DNA of 60,024 nt. Origin: Dirinaria sp. TL-2023a. Taxonomy: Eukaryota. Every line of letters begins with the position of its first letter. Position 1 is the stretch's first letter. Of this stretch, positions 1 through 13,858 are shown one piece after another. The notes beneath the pieces were generated by a model that had not been told where the DNA came from, made no database searches, and saw only the letters and a program-made list of their open reading frames with translations. Position numbers and translations under genes: made by a program. The stretch lies in contig JAVEBF010000009.1 of NCBI GenBank assembly GCA_051941275.1, positions 1 through 60,024 on the forward strand. Direction: 5' to 3'.

Positions 1-410
1 GAAGTTTGTTGCGCTGTTTAGGAGGAAGGCGGATCCGGCCTGGCCGGGGGAGGAGTGAGGGGCGGCTTTTTTGCTGTACTTTTTTGGAAGGTTGGGAAAA
101 CTGTCGAAATGGAAGAAGATTTGGTATGCGCATGACACAGACACAGGCTTTTGAAAGTAAATCTTGAGCTGAGATGTTGAGGGGATATGTGCAGTAATCA
201 GACATTTTCTTCCAAAGGTATCCCAGAAGTCGAATCACCGCTTAGACGAACTAATCGTTTCTAACCCGTAGGCTATGCTGAAATATCAAACTACCACACC
301 ATATAACACGCTATTTCGGGGATTTCTGTACACCGAGTCCTCCCTTCTCCCTAAGATATACATGAATAGATGGATGAATCCCAAAAGAGAGGGAAAAAAA
401 TTTAATGACA

Positions 411-3400
411 TCAGCCACTCGTAAGAAGCATATACTTCGTAATAGCATCCATGCGCTCACTCGTCAACTTGAGGCTGATCTTCAACAGCTCCCGAGCAAC
501 GGCAGGCTCTTCATCCTGCATCCTAATCCAGGATCCCTCGTCGAGAAGCCAGGTGACGCAGTCTCGTTCGGCGGTGGTCGTGCTGGTGCGCTCGGTGCCG
601 GAGAAGAAGGGCAATTCGCCGCATGTCGTGCGCTCGACCATCAGCTCGCTCAACTTGCCCTGCTCTAAATCGTACTCGGCCTTCAAGATCCCTTTCTCCA
701 GAAGGTAGAAGCCGTCCGGGGGATCTCCGCGGCGGTAGAGGACGCTCCCGGCGACGTAAGCCCTGCGCACAAAGTAGGGCGCGGTGCGGCGCCAGAAATC
801 CTCCGGTTGGGTGGAGATGGACGAGAAAGTCTGGAGGATGAGCTGAAGGGGCTGTTGATAATTCTGCCACTTGGAGACAGGCGCAGAAACGGCCTGCTCA
901 TTGAGCGTTGTTGTGGCGACTTGGTGGAGCTGACTGAGGCGCGGCGAGCTGAACATGATTTCTCGAGGGATGGATGGTTTGCGTTTAGGCACCTCGAGAG
1001 ATGGTGCTGTTGCTGATTCATGCTCGATTCGATGGTTCTGCTGCTGGTAGAAAGCTTTGAGGAGCTCGTTCTCGCAATACTCCAGCGCTGAGTTGAGTGT
1101 CTCGCAGTAGAGGACACCGTCCTCGTCGTCGAAGAGATCCACGTTGCAAAGACTTTTGCCCACATCGCTGTTCATTGCCGTGGCGCAAATGACAAGTTCC
1201 ACGTCTTTGGCCTTCAGTATTCTGTTGATGCGGGTGAAGGCTTCGGCCGCCGAAAAATCAACACCATCCACGTTGTAAAGATCCAGCACCAAAAAGCGCA
1301 TTGGCTTAGTTGGAAATCGATCTCTTAACAAGGTTCTAATCTGCTGCTCCATGCCAACAATGGTGCCGAAGAAAAGATAACCAGCAAGTTTCATGACATA
1401 GATCTGCTGCCCTGCCTCCTGCAAGAAGCGATGCTGCACTGGATGTCTGCGGACGGTCGAATTGGCAACACCGCCAGGAAGGGCGCCCCGAATGGCCGAT
1501 ATCTGCGATGTCTGGAGCACAAAGCTAACACAAGCTAAAACAATTCCAATAAGGATTCCGATAACGAAATCCCAAGCTCCCATTGTGACTATGATAATCA
1601 CAATCTACTCCCTATAAGCGAATGACAATCGATTTTGCCATTAAGGAATTACTCACCGTCGCATATTCCAGCCGGTGGACTCTGCGCCAAGTGTCAAGCA
1701 AAGCTTCGCGCATAAGGTCGAAGCCGAGAAAGAAGATGAGTGTGCCTACGACCATAATTGGAATGTACCCAATAATCGAGGGGCCTATGATGAGAACGCC
1801 GAAAGTGGCCGCTGCCAACATTACCCCTGCTACGCGGCTATTACCTCCGCTCCTGATAAAAAGCACCGTGTTCGTGTACACCAGGTAGTTCTGTGGGACC
1901 ATCAGTTGGATGTGCATTGAATTATTGTATTATTCAGCGAATACCTGAATACTCCCACAAAATCCAGAAATAGCGTTCGAGTAACCGTGTGCGCGAAGCT
2001 CACGATCAACGTCCACATTGTCTTCACCAGTCGTTAAACCCAAGGCCGGGATGTTAATCGGCACATGAAGGATTCCAAAGAAGGTCAGCGCCAGCATCGC
2101 AGGTATTGTCGATGCTAACGCTCCCCAGTCGACGATGCCAAAATCTAGAAACATTAGCTACCGTGCCCAAGAACTAGCACGCGGGCTTTACCATAGAGCG
2201 AGTAAAAATGATAGAACGGCACACCGGCTTCGGGCGCCTCGAAGATCCATCCTGTTTTTTGCAATTGAGAGAGACTCAAACCTGGCACTGCGGCCACGAC
2301 GAAATAAAACCCTGCTATTATGGACAGGAAGAAGGTTGCATCGGTCAATGGATGTTTAATCCAAATTTTGATAGTCAACAAAATAATGGCAAGGACCAAG
2401 GGTATGAGCCATAACAGAAGCGTATCCGCCTGTCCGAGCTTCCGCAGCGTGTGCAAATTGTATTCTAAATTACCAGGCAGTCTTGCGGAGACCTCCAGAC
2501 CGGTCGCCACAAGGAACCATCCAACGCCACCAATACAGCCGATCAAAATATGCCGAGGAAAGAAACCGATCAACGAGCCGAGCTTACACATCCCCATAAG
2601 GAAAAATACTGCCCCTGTAAGGATGGAGCTAAGGGAATATGAAAGAATTGTGGTAGCAAGGACAGCACCAGGTTTGCCTTCGCCAACTCGCTCCATGATT
2701 GTGAAAGCCATCTGATGGAAAAAAGGGACTACTTCTATCTGCGAGTTGTAAGTGACGGGACTTTATCACCATTTTGAAAAGCACCGTACCATTTCTGAGC
2801 CGATTCCTCCGCGGAAGATGCTCCCTCCGAGAGAATACACAAGCTGAGACACGATGCAAGAAACATAGAACATGGAAATCCCGTCTGCTCCGAGATCGGC
2901 GAAGATGGGCTGTCCTAGTGGAAACAAGATCATCCCTATGAATCTCAGCGAAGCACATGAGACATCTTCAGGGCATTTCTACCATATGACAGAGCGTCTA
3001 AGATATTCAGCAACAAGCCAAGTATGACTGGCGGTACATAGTTTGCCGGCTGGCGGATCATGTGGATCCATATAGCCCGTTTGTCCCATGACTTTGGACT
3101 TATCGCGGTCCGCCCGATTCTGGCTGCCTTCTCTCGCGCTTGTTGCAATGCACGTCGGGTTTTGATGATTGCACTCTCTTGGGCCACCTTTTGGTTCTCA
3201 AGGTCATGTACAGAGCCATAGGTTGGAGCATTCTCGGAACCGTATGCGGCTTTCTTTAGCAGCAACGTCGTTCGTTCGCTAGGTTGTGATATGATTCCTT
3301 CATTAACGACAGCAGGCTGCACAAATCCTCCGCCCAACGAAGATTCGGTCAAGGGCCCATCATCATCGTCGTCTTCAAAAATCTGGGGACCTTTCAGCAT

Positions 3401-4017
3401 TGCCGAGAGCACGGACGATGGAGGTGAATTTCGTTTGGAGCGAATACTCTTCGGGGAAGCCGGCTCAGAGACTTCTGCAATTGCTGCCGGACGCAATGGT
3501 TCATTCTGTCCTTTCGGACTATATAAGCCTTGATCCATCACATCACTTACAGCGGAGGTTGATTCTGAGATTCCCGAACTCGATTCACCTGGTGTTGCTT
3601 GTGTGAGGTGGGATTGATGGGTTCGAGCAGAAGCTGCTTCAGGGATTGCGAGTGACGCCAGCTCGGCTGTATCCTCACGTACATCGTGAGAAGAATTGTG
3701 TGTTATATCGATCGGAGCTACTACGGATTAGCTGGTTGTGTTGTCGCTCCACCTTCGCCCCTCTCACCGTTGTGTGAACCATGGAAGGAACTGTGGACGA
3801 AAGACCGGGCGGGGGTTTTTCGGTAGGAAGAGGAGGAGAAGGATCGATTGGAGGGTGAAGAGCTAGCCCTTAAACGAGATGTAAGATGTAGATTCGCCTC
3901 AGTATCCGGCGAATCGTCGTCGTCACCAGTATCGCCGGTCGACGGCAGATGCTGTTCTGGCAGGGGATGAGATATGGGGGCGGTCATGCTCGTCTTGCCG
4001 GTACGGAAAGAAGGCAT
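411..4017 (-). CDS. VSB1: SulP/SLC26-family transporter with STAS and C-terminal cNMP-binding domain (yeast Vsb1/Ygr125w-like), multi-exon
   Basis: ORF pieces join through GT-AG introns: [20 protein letters not shown] helices ([38 protein letters not shown]), STAS ([29 protein letters not shown]) and cNMP-like domain ([23 protein letters not shown]). Confidence 0.85.
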
Positions 4018-5501
4018 GATGGGTTATGGCAAAATGTGGGACTTAAGATCGTGCTCCGAACATGGGACTGGGGTGCTCCGTCTCCACGTAATGGCTGATG
4101 CTGGGTAGATTACTGGCGCATGATGTAGAAGCGCACAGGAAGCAACCGTTCTGTGGCAAGGATCCGAGGGGTGCATAGCAATGGATTGACGATAGAAAAG
4201 CAAAATCCGTATGTACAGAGGGAGTCAAGTAGGAAATTCGGAGCCACAATCGAACGGCGAAAATTTGTACATGGACAAAGTAATGATTTGGCCGGAAAGA
4301 ACATGGAAAAGTAAAAAAACCCCGCCGCGTCAAATCAAGCATTGAATTTTGACTTTTCCAAAGCTCTGCCGCTACGGAGATTAAGGTAAAGTACATACAC
4401 TAAGGTATCTAACGCCAAAAGTCCCCGGCGAGCGTCATGTACGCCAAGACTATTCGTCCCCAGGTGACTACCTAAAGGTACAGTACCTACATAAGGTAAG
4501 GTACCTTACCTGGTAACGTCTTGCTACATAGGTAAACCCCGCCGAGACCAGAAGACATGGGTTACGAGTATGTACGGAGTACTACTGTAGCCACCCCGAT
4601 AAGATACTGCAACTTCCCTTGCTCATTCACTCTGACGTGCCTGATCCTTTACCTGAGCTAGGTTGGCTCGCTCGCTTTCGCCTTCTGGTTTCATGCATAG
4701 TTACGGCGAGCTACGGTATTTGATCTTACTATTTGATTTTACCTCTAGCATCGGTGATGTGTCGGCCCGTCAGAGAACATCACGACTGGCAATAATGAAG
4801 CGAGGGAGCTACCATTCGAAGGAAGTTTTTGCCTTACACCTCTGTTCTGCGTGACAACTAAGGTCCACAATCATGTAGAGTACCGTAGTCCGTACGCCGT
4901 ACCTAATTCTCCTGAGTTCATCTCATTCCCCGCCCCCGTAATGCTAAGTTGTAGTCTAGCCGGGCAGCTTAGCTAGGCCCTGTTCGTAACAGTGAGTGTA
5001 TCTGGGGGAAAGACACTGGAACCCCCCCCCCCCCCAACCATTATCGTTGCTTTGCCCCACGGAAACGCCACTCATTATGCCAGTAAGGCTCGCAATGAGT
5101 CAGGGAGCGTGTGTCTTCGACATCCTCTGTCCTGGGAGGATCGATTGGCCACGTTTGACTTCCGAGAAGCGTTTCTTAAGCGCAAAAGGGAGCCTGCCCT
5201 ATGTAGTCTGAAAAGAGTCCGGCCCCAAGGACCAATGTAATGGCAATATGGGATGGGCTTCTGAGGCAAATTAATCCGAGCTCTATCGATGTCCTCTGCC
5301 TTTGATCACCCTATTCCCGAGGATCATTTCCATGAGCTGACAGCGTCTGCCTGCAATTTCGAAGGACTGACTTCTACTAATCAATGGTGGATATTCTGCC
5401 CCTTCAAAAATGTTTGGAACTTGAGCAGTCCCTTCCCATGAATGCCCGGCTCATCCCATCAGATCGAGCTTAATCTTAGTCCGAGTCGAGCTTGCCATCA
5501 T

Positions 5502-6273
5502 TCAGTTCAGCTTCTGTAGATAGCCTTGAGATATCAGACGCTCAACGTCACCCTGCCGAACGAAGAATTGGCTGTTCTTAGTCAAATTGATTGCGCTGTA
5601 AAGGATCCTTGATCAGTACACACGCTCAGTGATAAAACAATCCTCAACACTGAGCAAGTCTTACCCATACTCGGTCTGGATCTCTCCCGCGTCTTTCAGA
5701 ACACGCACATCGATAAACAGATCTCGAGGTAGTTCCAGACTCCCGGTCAAGTCAATATCTGTCCATTGGCCTTTGTAAGCCGCGAGCATATCGCTGTACT
5801 GGCGCACGTATTCTTCTTCTTCTGGGCTCAATGAACTTGTATCACCGAAGTTGGAGCTCGTGCCGGCTTTTCCAAAGTCATGCTGCCTCGGTCCATCGCG
5901 CGACTGCTGCACGTGCTCCAGAACATCCTCCCCACTCCAGCACATTTCCTCCAGCTTGTCCGATCGTACTCGGTGATAAGCGAGCAAGCAGCGCTTGTTG
6001 CGGCGCATGCAGATATGGTTGACTAGGAGGGCGCAGGCAGTAGCAGGCTCGGCGGAAGGGTTGAAGGAGCCCTTGTAAGGCGCCAGGATACTGGCAACAT
6101 CTTTGTCGAGATCCCTAACTTCGCGTGTTATCTCGCGAACGAGCTCGGTCTGATACGGAGGAAGATGGGCCAAAGCTTGCGTTCTCTTTGCATGTTGCGC
6201 CTGAATGTTTCAGCCAGCGACTATGGGTCAGATAGTGGATGCTCACAAGTTTATAACCCAAATCGCCGTACAT
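5502..6273 (-). CDS. PSF1: GINS complex subunit Psf1, 3 exons
   Basis: MYGDLGYKL / AQHAKRTQALAHLPPY..MRRNKRCLLAYHRVR..DLFIDVRVLKDAGEIQTEYG / AINLTKNSQFFVRQGDVERLISQGYLQKLN*; canonical introns. Confidence 0.95.
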
Positions 6274-7117
6274 TGATCACCTGGTCCTCGATGGCTTAGA
6301 AGATGGCAAAGGACATCATAGACCCACCAAGCTGACAAGTCATCGGCTATTGCGACTTGATCCCTTAGGACCCTTACCTTACCTCAAGGTAATCTTACTT
6401 AAATTAAGGCAGATGAATGGGAAGATTTGTGTGGGGTGGATGGAATGCATAAAGTACATGTAGCTAAGGCTTTGACCAATTAAAGATTAGCTCGCGGTTG
6501 CAGGTTGACTACCTAATGTACCTTATGTACAGTACTTATTAGTAATAAAGTACATGAGGTACGAAGTAACGAAATACAAGGATGGCTGGGAGACTGGGAG
6601 GGAAGCTCGGAAGCTAAGTAGCTAATATGGCTGGCTGTGGCTGGCTTTTGCTGGCCTGGCTTTGCTGGCGCTCCAGGCAAAGTCCACAGCAGTCTTGGTC
6701 TTGGCAGTCTCAGCAGGCTTCCTGCATGCTTTGTCCATCCCCAAGGTATACAAGTGCCTCTTGTCGGAGTCTGAAATACATGCCAGCGCCTTCTGCACGC
6801 TTCCGCAACTAGTCTTCCCATTGTCTCTTTGTCCAGATATTGATCGCACCAAGGTCCATTGAAGAAGCCATTCACACTGTCGCTAATTGTTCATGAATCG
6901 TTTTATCAGAATCAGCTGAAGCTTCCCAACTATCGTCGATATGTAACAATGCTCAAAGCGTTGCCTAGGTACCGTCAATTCGTGTGTATCTTGAAGCACA
7001 GTTGCCAGAGAAGCCCTCAGGCCATGTGTCAAACAGATAGAGGCTTATTCGAGCGGCGCAAAAGAAACGATCATCATCTTTTCCATCGTTCCAACTTCTT
7101 CGGCTCATCACACGACC

Positions 7118-8717
7118 CTATGCCCCTAGATTCGTGTCTTCCGCAAATTTCCACGCTTCCGCTCCTTGCGTGAAAGTGGGATCATCTTCGTATGTTATCG
7201 GCTCCATATTTGCTGTCTCAAACAGTTCAGAGTCATATTGAGTGGCAGGTAGGCCGCCAAATTCGTCGTCGTCCGCATTCAGCAAAAATGGATCTACTTG
7301 AGTATCATCAAGTGTGCTTGGGCTTTGCTCGACTGATGGCTCGTCTAAAAGCTCAAAATGCCGTCCTGGCATACCTACTAGCGGAGATTGCGTGCCATAT
7401 GACTGGTCCGGCATTTGATGCCGTTGAACAAAGACATCCTCGGTGAAAGGATGCCCGAAGTTTTGACGAACACTTGTTTGATAGTAGTGTCCGTACATCT
7501 CTTCATGGCTCGTTGGAGCCGGCAGAGGTTTCCCCGGGTTTGTATATTGATAAGACGACTTCAGCGGGTTTGCCGTTATGTTTGCAGGCCAGACCGCCTC
7601 TGGCATCCTTTGAACTTCTTTAAGTTTCGGGTTTCGTGCACGAGCCGGCTTCCACTCCGTGTCTAGGTCATCTAGATCACTCGGCTCCTCTTCCTCCTCT
7701 GATGTTTCTCGCCGCTTTCGAGCAGCGGCGCCAGCTTTGCTGGGCGAAAACTTGTACCCCGGATGGGCCTTTTGATGATTATCTCGTTCTATCCTTGCGT
7801 ACTCTGTATACAGGTCACGAATTTCCCTGGGTTCCATCGGCCAGCTTTCCCCAGACACAGAGGACACGACCTGGTGGTTATTCTGAAGGCACCAGACTTT
7901 CGTGCGTTCCGCGTATGCGGATCTGTATAGCATAAACGAGTTCATTGGCCTTGTTATTTTACCCTTCCTTTTCTCAACTTCACTTTGCCTGACCTCTGCA
8001 GACCGGTTCACCCAAGCATTCATGTCTTTAACGGGAATGTTTTCATAATCTTTTGTCAAGACACTAAGTGGTGCTTCGATCTGAGGCACTTTTGCTTTTT
8101 CCCCTTTGGCCTGCTTCGACCGTTTTGGTTTTGGAGAATGTGAGGTACGTGAAACAGAGCGGCTGGGTGCCAGAGAGCGTGCCTCTCTTTTCCTCTTGCC
8201 ATTGCTGCCTGGGTCTGAGGCTGCCGGAGTCGGAGGGGAGCTGGCATAGTAATTGTGGTAAGGCTGCTGCAAAGTAAGGACTTGTATTATCATCAGGCTT
8301 CCCGAAAGAGACTCACAGTCTGGTGGGCTGGCGGAGAAGCATAATATCCACTTGTGGGGTTGGGATAGAACATCGGTGTTCCATACTCATCCTACGTTTG
8401 TCAAACTTAAAGAACCAAGAAACCTCAAAGGAAGGATGTGAATTTACCGCTTGCCCTTCTGCTAAGACACTATACTGATGAGGATAGGAGCTCTTGTAGC
8501 CATAATGATGGATCAAGTGGTTGCTAGGCTCAGGGCTGCCGTATGTGGAATTCGTCCCCGAATGAATGTATCCACTGCCCTCGACAGCAAACTGCTCGTG
8601 AGGGAGCTGAGTCATATGTTGCTGCTGCTGCTGCTGCTGCTGCTGTATCATCTGTCGGAAATCATACTCACCATCTAGACCGTCCACGGAGACTGCTGGT
8701 GTTGTCGATGAGGCCAT
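7118..8717 (-). CDS. MATA_HMG-box transcription factor (Ste11/FMF-1/PaHMG5-like), probably 3 exons
   Basis: HMG box ITRPMNSFMLYRSAY..VSSVSGESWPMEP..ARIERDNHQKAHPGYKFSPSK; N-terminal exon with poly-Q; probable introns 8447-8392 and ~8316-8269. Orthology to FMF-1/PaHMG5 is inferred. Confidence 0.85.
8619..8645 (-). repeat. (CAG)8 CAA microsatellite encoding Q9 in the HMG protein
   Basis: ttg(ctg)8 on the + strand. Confidence 0.95.
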
Positions 8718-11700
8718 GTCAGGTGTTGAAGATCAGGATAGGGATTGGAGCAGCGTAGATGAGACGAGACTCTTCAGAGTATGGCTCGAGGTCTTCGCAA
8801 TTGCTAGGGTATGTTCGTTCCCGCTCTTTCGTCGTGAGAAAGCAAGATCAGGGGAATTTTCTTTCTAGGCTAGGTGGTTATGTTCCAAGCGATGGCCTTC
8901 GATCGATTTGCGATACTCCAGTACGAAGACTAACTAATTGATGCCCTGGATCTTGTCGGATGGTCCAGGGGAGATCTCAGCAGTCTTCTAGAAGGATTGA
9001 GCTCGTTTGCTCCACCTACTGTCTGAGTTCTTAGATCAGATCTATGCTGGTAGACGATAAGAACAAGACGGGTTTGCTTCCTTGTAGGAGAAGGGCTGCA
9101 GAGCTGCGGACAGGGTATAAGGCCTTCCTGTTGCGGATACCCGTCTTGCAGACCGAACCTGGAAGGTTGCGATGAGGAATCCGGAACGCTTGAGCAGCTA
9201 CTGTGAGCAAAACGCTACGCCTCTACAGCACAGCAGCTCATCCCACAGCTCATTGGCTTTTGAGCTGTTCCTAATGCAGCCTCAGAGTAAATACGTCCCT
9301 TTGTCTCGCTGACGAGGTTGGCTAGAGGATGAGTGCACGGAACATCTATAGGGGCTCCAATCCAGGTCTTTGTCTGCTGCTCTCTGTCTACCGAATCGAG
9401 AAGATCTGGTCATAGACAGGCAAGCACATACACAGTGGGGATAATCTGTACTGCCCTGAGAAGACGTGACCTGAGATGAAGGATGGAAATCGACTTGTTA
9501 TGTGAGTGTGGGTGTAAGAGAAAGAAGAAGAGGGAGAGGCAGAGAAGGACCAAAATTACTCCGATACAGGACCCATTCATACGGCATCCACTTTTCTATT
9601 GGCAAGCCAGATCCTTGAATTCAGTCCCAGGCTCCATTACAATGCATTACAGCGGTCAAAAGTCATGTTCTCAGGAAATCTACATGGATTGGGAAGATGG
9701 TACGCTTGCAGACGGAGGCTTGCTCGGTTAGTGTTCACGCTAATTGGCTGTCTTGTCTTGCTCTGGGCATGGTCTCCATCAGTTCTCTATCCATGAAGCC
9801 TGCCTTAGTGACCCGCAACTGGTCCCACCTGTTCACGGCTTACTTCAGCTACTGGAGTATGTCAAATCGGTCTGCCAGGCTCCTATCACCGCCTGCTGGG
9901 TCTTCATCATCCTGCTTCCGGCCTCGAATCAGGGCAAGCGAGTTGGGAATCAGCTTGCACGTGAGTCTCCACATTCCTCGCTTCAGTGCACGGCTTTTTC
10001 TTCTTCCGAAGAAGCCCTCTGGCTCTGCAAGGTCGGGGAGTCCACTAGAGCGCCTGAGAAAATCTTCCGGTACGCTCTCTAGACCGCAAATTCTACGTCC
10101 ATCGATGGCCCGCTCATCATCAACCCCTGTCAGTTCGCGACCGCAACAGGGACCGAGCGGATAATTGCAGCATCTCCTTAGCTCCTTTCAGGGGTATTCG
10201 CTACCGCTGAAGTATATGGTACTTAGATGGCTGAATCCTAATTGTACTTGTGATTCTGACTCTTTTTCCCTCCACGAGCAAGCCAGTAAGGTTACAAGTC
10301 ATCCTGAGAAGAATGAACCAAGTACTGGCAGTTCGATCTGTGTTTGGTTGTTGGATGCATAAGGAGCGAATGAGATTCTGGATTATTACTTGCTCTCCTA
10401 AGGCGTACATGCATCATAGATTTACAAGACCCACATTCGTCCAATTCTTCCTGCTTGCGGAACGATTTCTCGCCTCAAACTACTTCGGAAAATTATGTGA
10501 GGAGTGAGAGGAAGGATGATCGGCCATCGGCCTAGGAAACTAGCGCGGAATGTGACAACTGATGAAAACGGCTCCCTCGGCCACTAGCCGCTCTATTGGA
10601 GCCAACTGAAGCCGTCCGAAAAGCTTACCTTACTTCACCCTTAACGAAGCTTCACGTTCAAGAGCCTCAAGATCTTATTCCACCTGCGAAAAATACAAAT
10701 CTGAACAGCACGCAAGTGGCATGAGCTTCAGATCACCATTGATTGGCTCAGTCCAACAAGCACAAACACGCTTCAATTGCTCGATTAAGTTCCTGTTTTA
10801 ATACTTGATTATGTGCGGGGCTGCTGCTCTGTTCCCAGAGCCATGGTCAACTCCGGATACTGGACTTCAGCGAGGCCTCAAGTCCGAACAGACATCACAT
10901 GCAAATATGAAGCTCAAGGGTCTGCTGACCCAATTCTTTGCAAGTCGTATCGTATCGCTTTCAGACACAGCTCCTGAAAGTGAAGTTGGCTAGCAAGTGC
11001 GGTGCAATCATAGCCGACTTTGTAGCACACGGAACACCTTCCCTGATGGTTTTGGGCCCTAATGGTGTAAATGGATGGAGGGGGCCGCTGGAATGAAAGA
11101 TCTGTCGCTCGTATTGCCAGCACCGCCGTTGTGTTTACGCCCTTGAACCTTGCTTAGAGAAGTGAATCATCACTCAGGCACTGGATATGTACACTGCATG
11201 GAACGCCATTAAAAACTACCAAAAGGCACTGACTATGTACACAAGAGTATGGTTCTGTTAAACTACAGTACGAGAATTGCAGGCTATCATTCATTTCTGT
11301 CCAACAGCCTTTCAGTCACTATAGCAACGGTCTACTATTTATTTCAAGTGGCTTCGATTACTTTCGGAAATCATCATACTTATTTATGAATTTTAGTAGC
11401 TCTCAGGCTTTACTCGAAAACCATCTAAGTTATTCTTCTCCGCTTGCTTTTTTTCTTTTTTTTGTGTGTGTGGCTCGGCCGTTGTGATCGTTGCCTCCTC
11501 AATTCCTGATCTCATTACAGTAGGCATCTGTGTGCATTAGATAAGCTGTGCATTAGATAACGTAAGCTATTAGTTCTGGCATTAGTGTCTTGGCATGACG
11601 CTCGCCCCAACTCCATTCGGCTTACATAAGATAATGTAAGGTACAGTGAGGTATTACCTTGAGCTTACCTACATGATGTGCATGTGCATTTCAATGTGTA

Positions 11701-11964
11701 TTGAACTTTCATTGAAAAACTGGGTCACCTTCTGATATTTTCGATTGCTAGTACTCTAGTGAAGACTTTTTGTCTCTCAGAACCGACATATGAGGTCTTG
11801 GATTCATCTTCGTTTTGCACAAGAAGAACTCTATTGACGGTCTTACTTCACACTTTATATTCCTCAATCACACAAAAGCTGACATAACGACATCTGGTGC
11901 CGGGGATTGATACAATATTCAAGCTTATCTGTGGATATCGCCAGTTCCTCCTACGTGGTTTGAC

Positions 11965-13858
11965 ATGGCAACCCAAGCGGCGCTTACAGCTGAGGCTATA
12001 GCCGGTCTGCGACGAGTGACCAACAAAGATCACGACTGTGCGTCCCCGTTTCCGTGCATTTGATCTGTGCCTGATAGTCAGCTACAGCATCGGATTCTGG
12101 TGACTCGATCCAACGACCTACGAACCGAGGGTACAAGTTGAAGCGCAAAGCGGAGTATGTGCATGAAGGGCAATTAGATAGACCAAATGGACTGAAGGTT
12201 TATAAAAAGGTAAATAGTCTCCGAAATCTAAGAGACTGGATTGACGGGTTTTTGGCAGAGGATTACACACGCTGGGTTTGAGAGAGCCATCCTGAAACGG
12301 AATCCAAGACGATACGATGAGGACGGTGACGAGTTGGAAGACGATGACGTTGACGAGCAAGCCGATTTAGACGCGGCAGCACACAATCCGTATAGTCATA
12401 TCAAACTTGAAGGTTCGTGACCAAACATATTTCAGGCCATTACCCTCGATCTGACTAGCCGCAGAGCTCCTTGCACCTTTGACATCCGCAGCCGATCTAC
12501 CCACACATCCTTCCTTGTCTATACCATATCGTTCGAATACTATGACCGACATGACCCAACAAGCATGCAAAATGGTACACCGTGAGAAGAAATCACTATG
12601 GGCAGTGAAGAATCTATTGACCAAATTCCGCGGTGACGACGCATTTATCTCTTGCGGCTCGTTGAACGCAGATATTGATGATGTCTTGTTCAACACTCAA
12701 GACATATACAACAAACTTTCCACTGTCAGAGCGCGCCTACGGACCAATTACAGCTCTAGCGCAAGGCAACAAAACGAAAGCGCTGTAAGCGGTGTTTCGG
12801 AGGATCGAACGAACGGCATTAATCATATCGGAGATCCCCACCAATCGCAGCGCAAGGTCCAATCCGGCAATATCCGTGATGCTGTTGAGCACGTCAATAG
12901 CAACAAAGATGTAGAGGACAAGCGAGAGACTTCAGAGTTGCGGCCAGAAGGCCCAGCAACCTCAGAGACTTCGCAAACCGCGGGAATCGATGATCTGCGC
13001 GAAATGGAACATGAGCTTAATGAATCTATGGAAGGCATAGACGCGAACGATGCTGCCATAGGTATTGCATCTGTTAATGCATCAAACACCCCACTGGGCG
13101 GCAGCGACCAGGCTGATGTCTCTACCGAGGCACTGGCAAGTTTCCCTCGTGGGCATGCAAATCATGGGTCGTCCTGCATAACAATGCCGGAGTCGAGCGA
13201 AGCACCCATCATAGATATGGAAAGCCCAAAAGACGGAATTTTACCAAGTCCAGAGAGTTTAAAGAATGAGGATGATGCCGATCATAGCCGGACAGCAGAC
13301 GAGGTCATATCTCCAAAGACCAATGCATCTTCGGATCGAAATGAGGAGACGATGGCGAACGGTAACGCTGCAGCGGATGTCGAGGACGAATCTAAGGCCG
13401 CTCCGCATCGTATGACGACGCGAGCGCAGGCACAGGCTGTATCCGATAATTCAGGCTCTTCTCGAACACGAACACCGTCTCCAGCATCATGGACTCCACC
13501 GGTCATACATCCACTCTTTCTGATACCAGAAGCAGCTCGCCCGGATCGAGACTTCGGGCTACCATCCAACGAGGCAGAAGAGACTCGCCGGCTGTTGATG
13601 GCGTACGTACAGAAGCAGGAGGAAGTCGTTCGAGGAGTTGAAACGCTGTATGAGGGGTCGCTACGTGCGGACCGTATGAGGCAAACCGTCTTCAAGTGGT
13701 GCAAAGCCGAAGGCCATGTTGGGGAGATGAGCGATGGTGAGGACTGGTACGATAAAGAGGAGTGGGGCCTGGAAGAAGATCTGAAGAAAGGTCATGATGA
13801 TGAGGAAGAAGATACGACGACCCAAGGTAAGAAAACGAGAAAGACTCGGCAGCAATGA
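11965..13858 (+). CDS. RXT2: Rpd3L histone deacetylase complex subunit Rxt2, 4 exons
   Basis: MATQAALTAEAIAGL.. / ..TNRGYKLKRKAEYV.. / HAGFERAILKRNPRRYDEDGDE..NPYSHIKLE / ELLAPLTSAADLPTHPSLS.. C-terminal KAEGHVGEMSDGEDWYDKEEWGL. Confidence 0.88.

Noticed and set aside
5022..5035. Poly-C run and short tandem duplications (also 27860-27882 and 31402-31425)
   Set aside because: Ordinary slippage repeats; no repeat-spacer periodicity, and no CRISPR-like array anywhere in the window.
7118..8717. HMG gene as MAT1-2-1 (mating-type locus)
   Set aside because: No APN2/SLA2 flanks and the HMG box lacks the conserved MAT1-2-1 intron.
9483..10507. Cluster of 60-155 aa ORFs and an acidic-looking minus-strand frame upstream of the HMG gene
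   Set aside because: No recognisable domain; the minus frame is broken by TGA, TAG and TAA and I could not build a consistent splice model.
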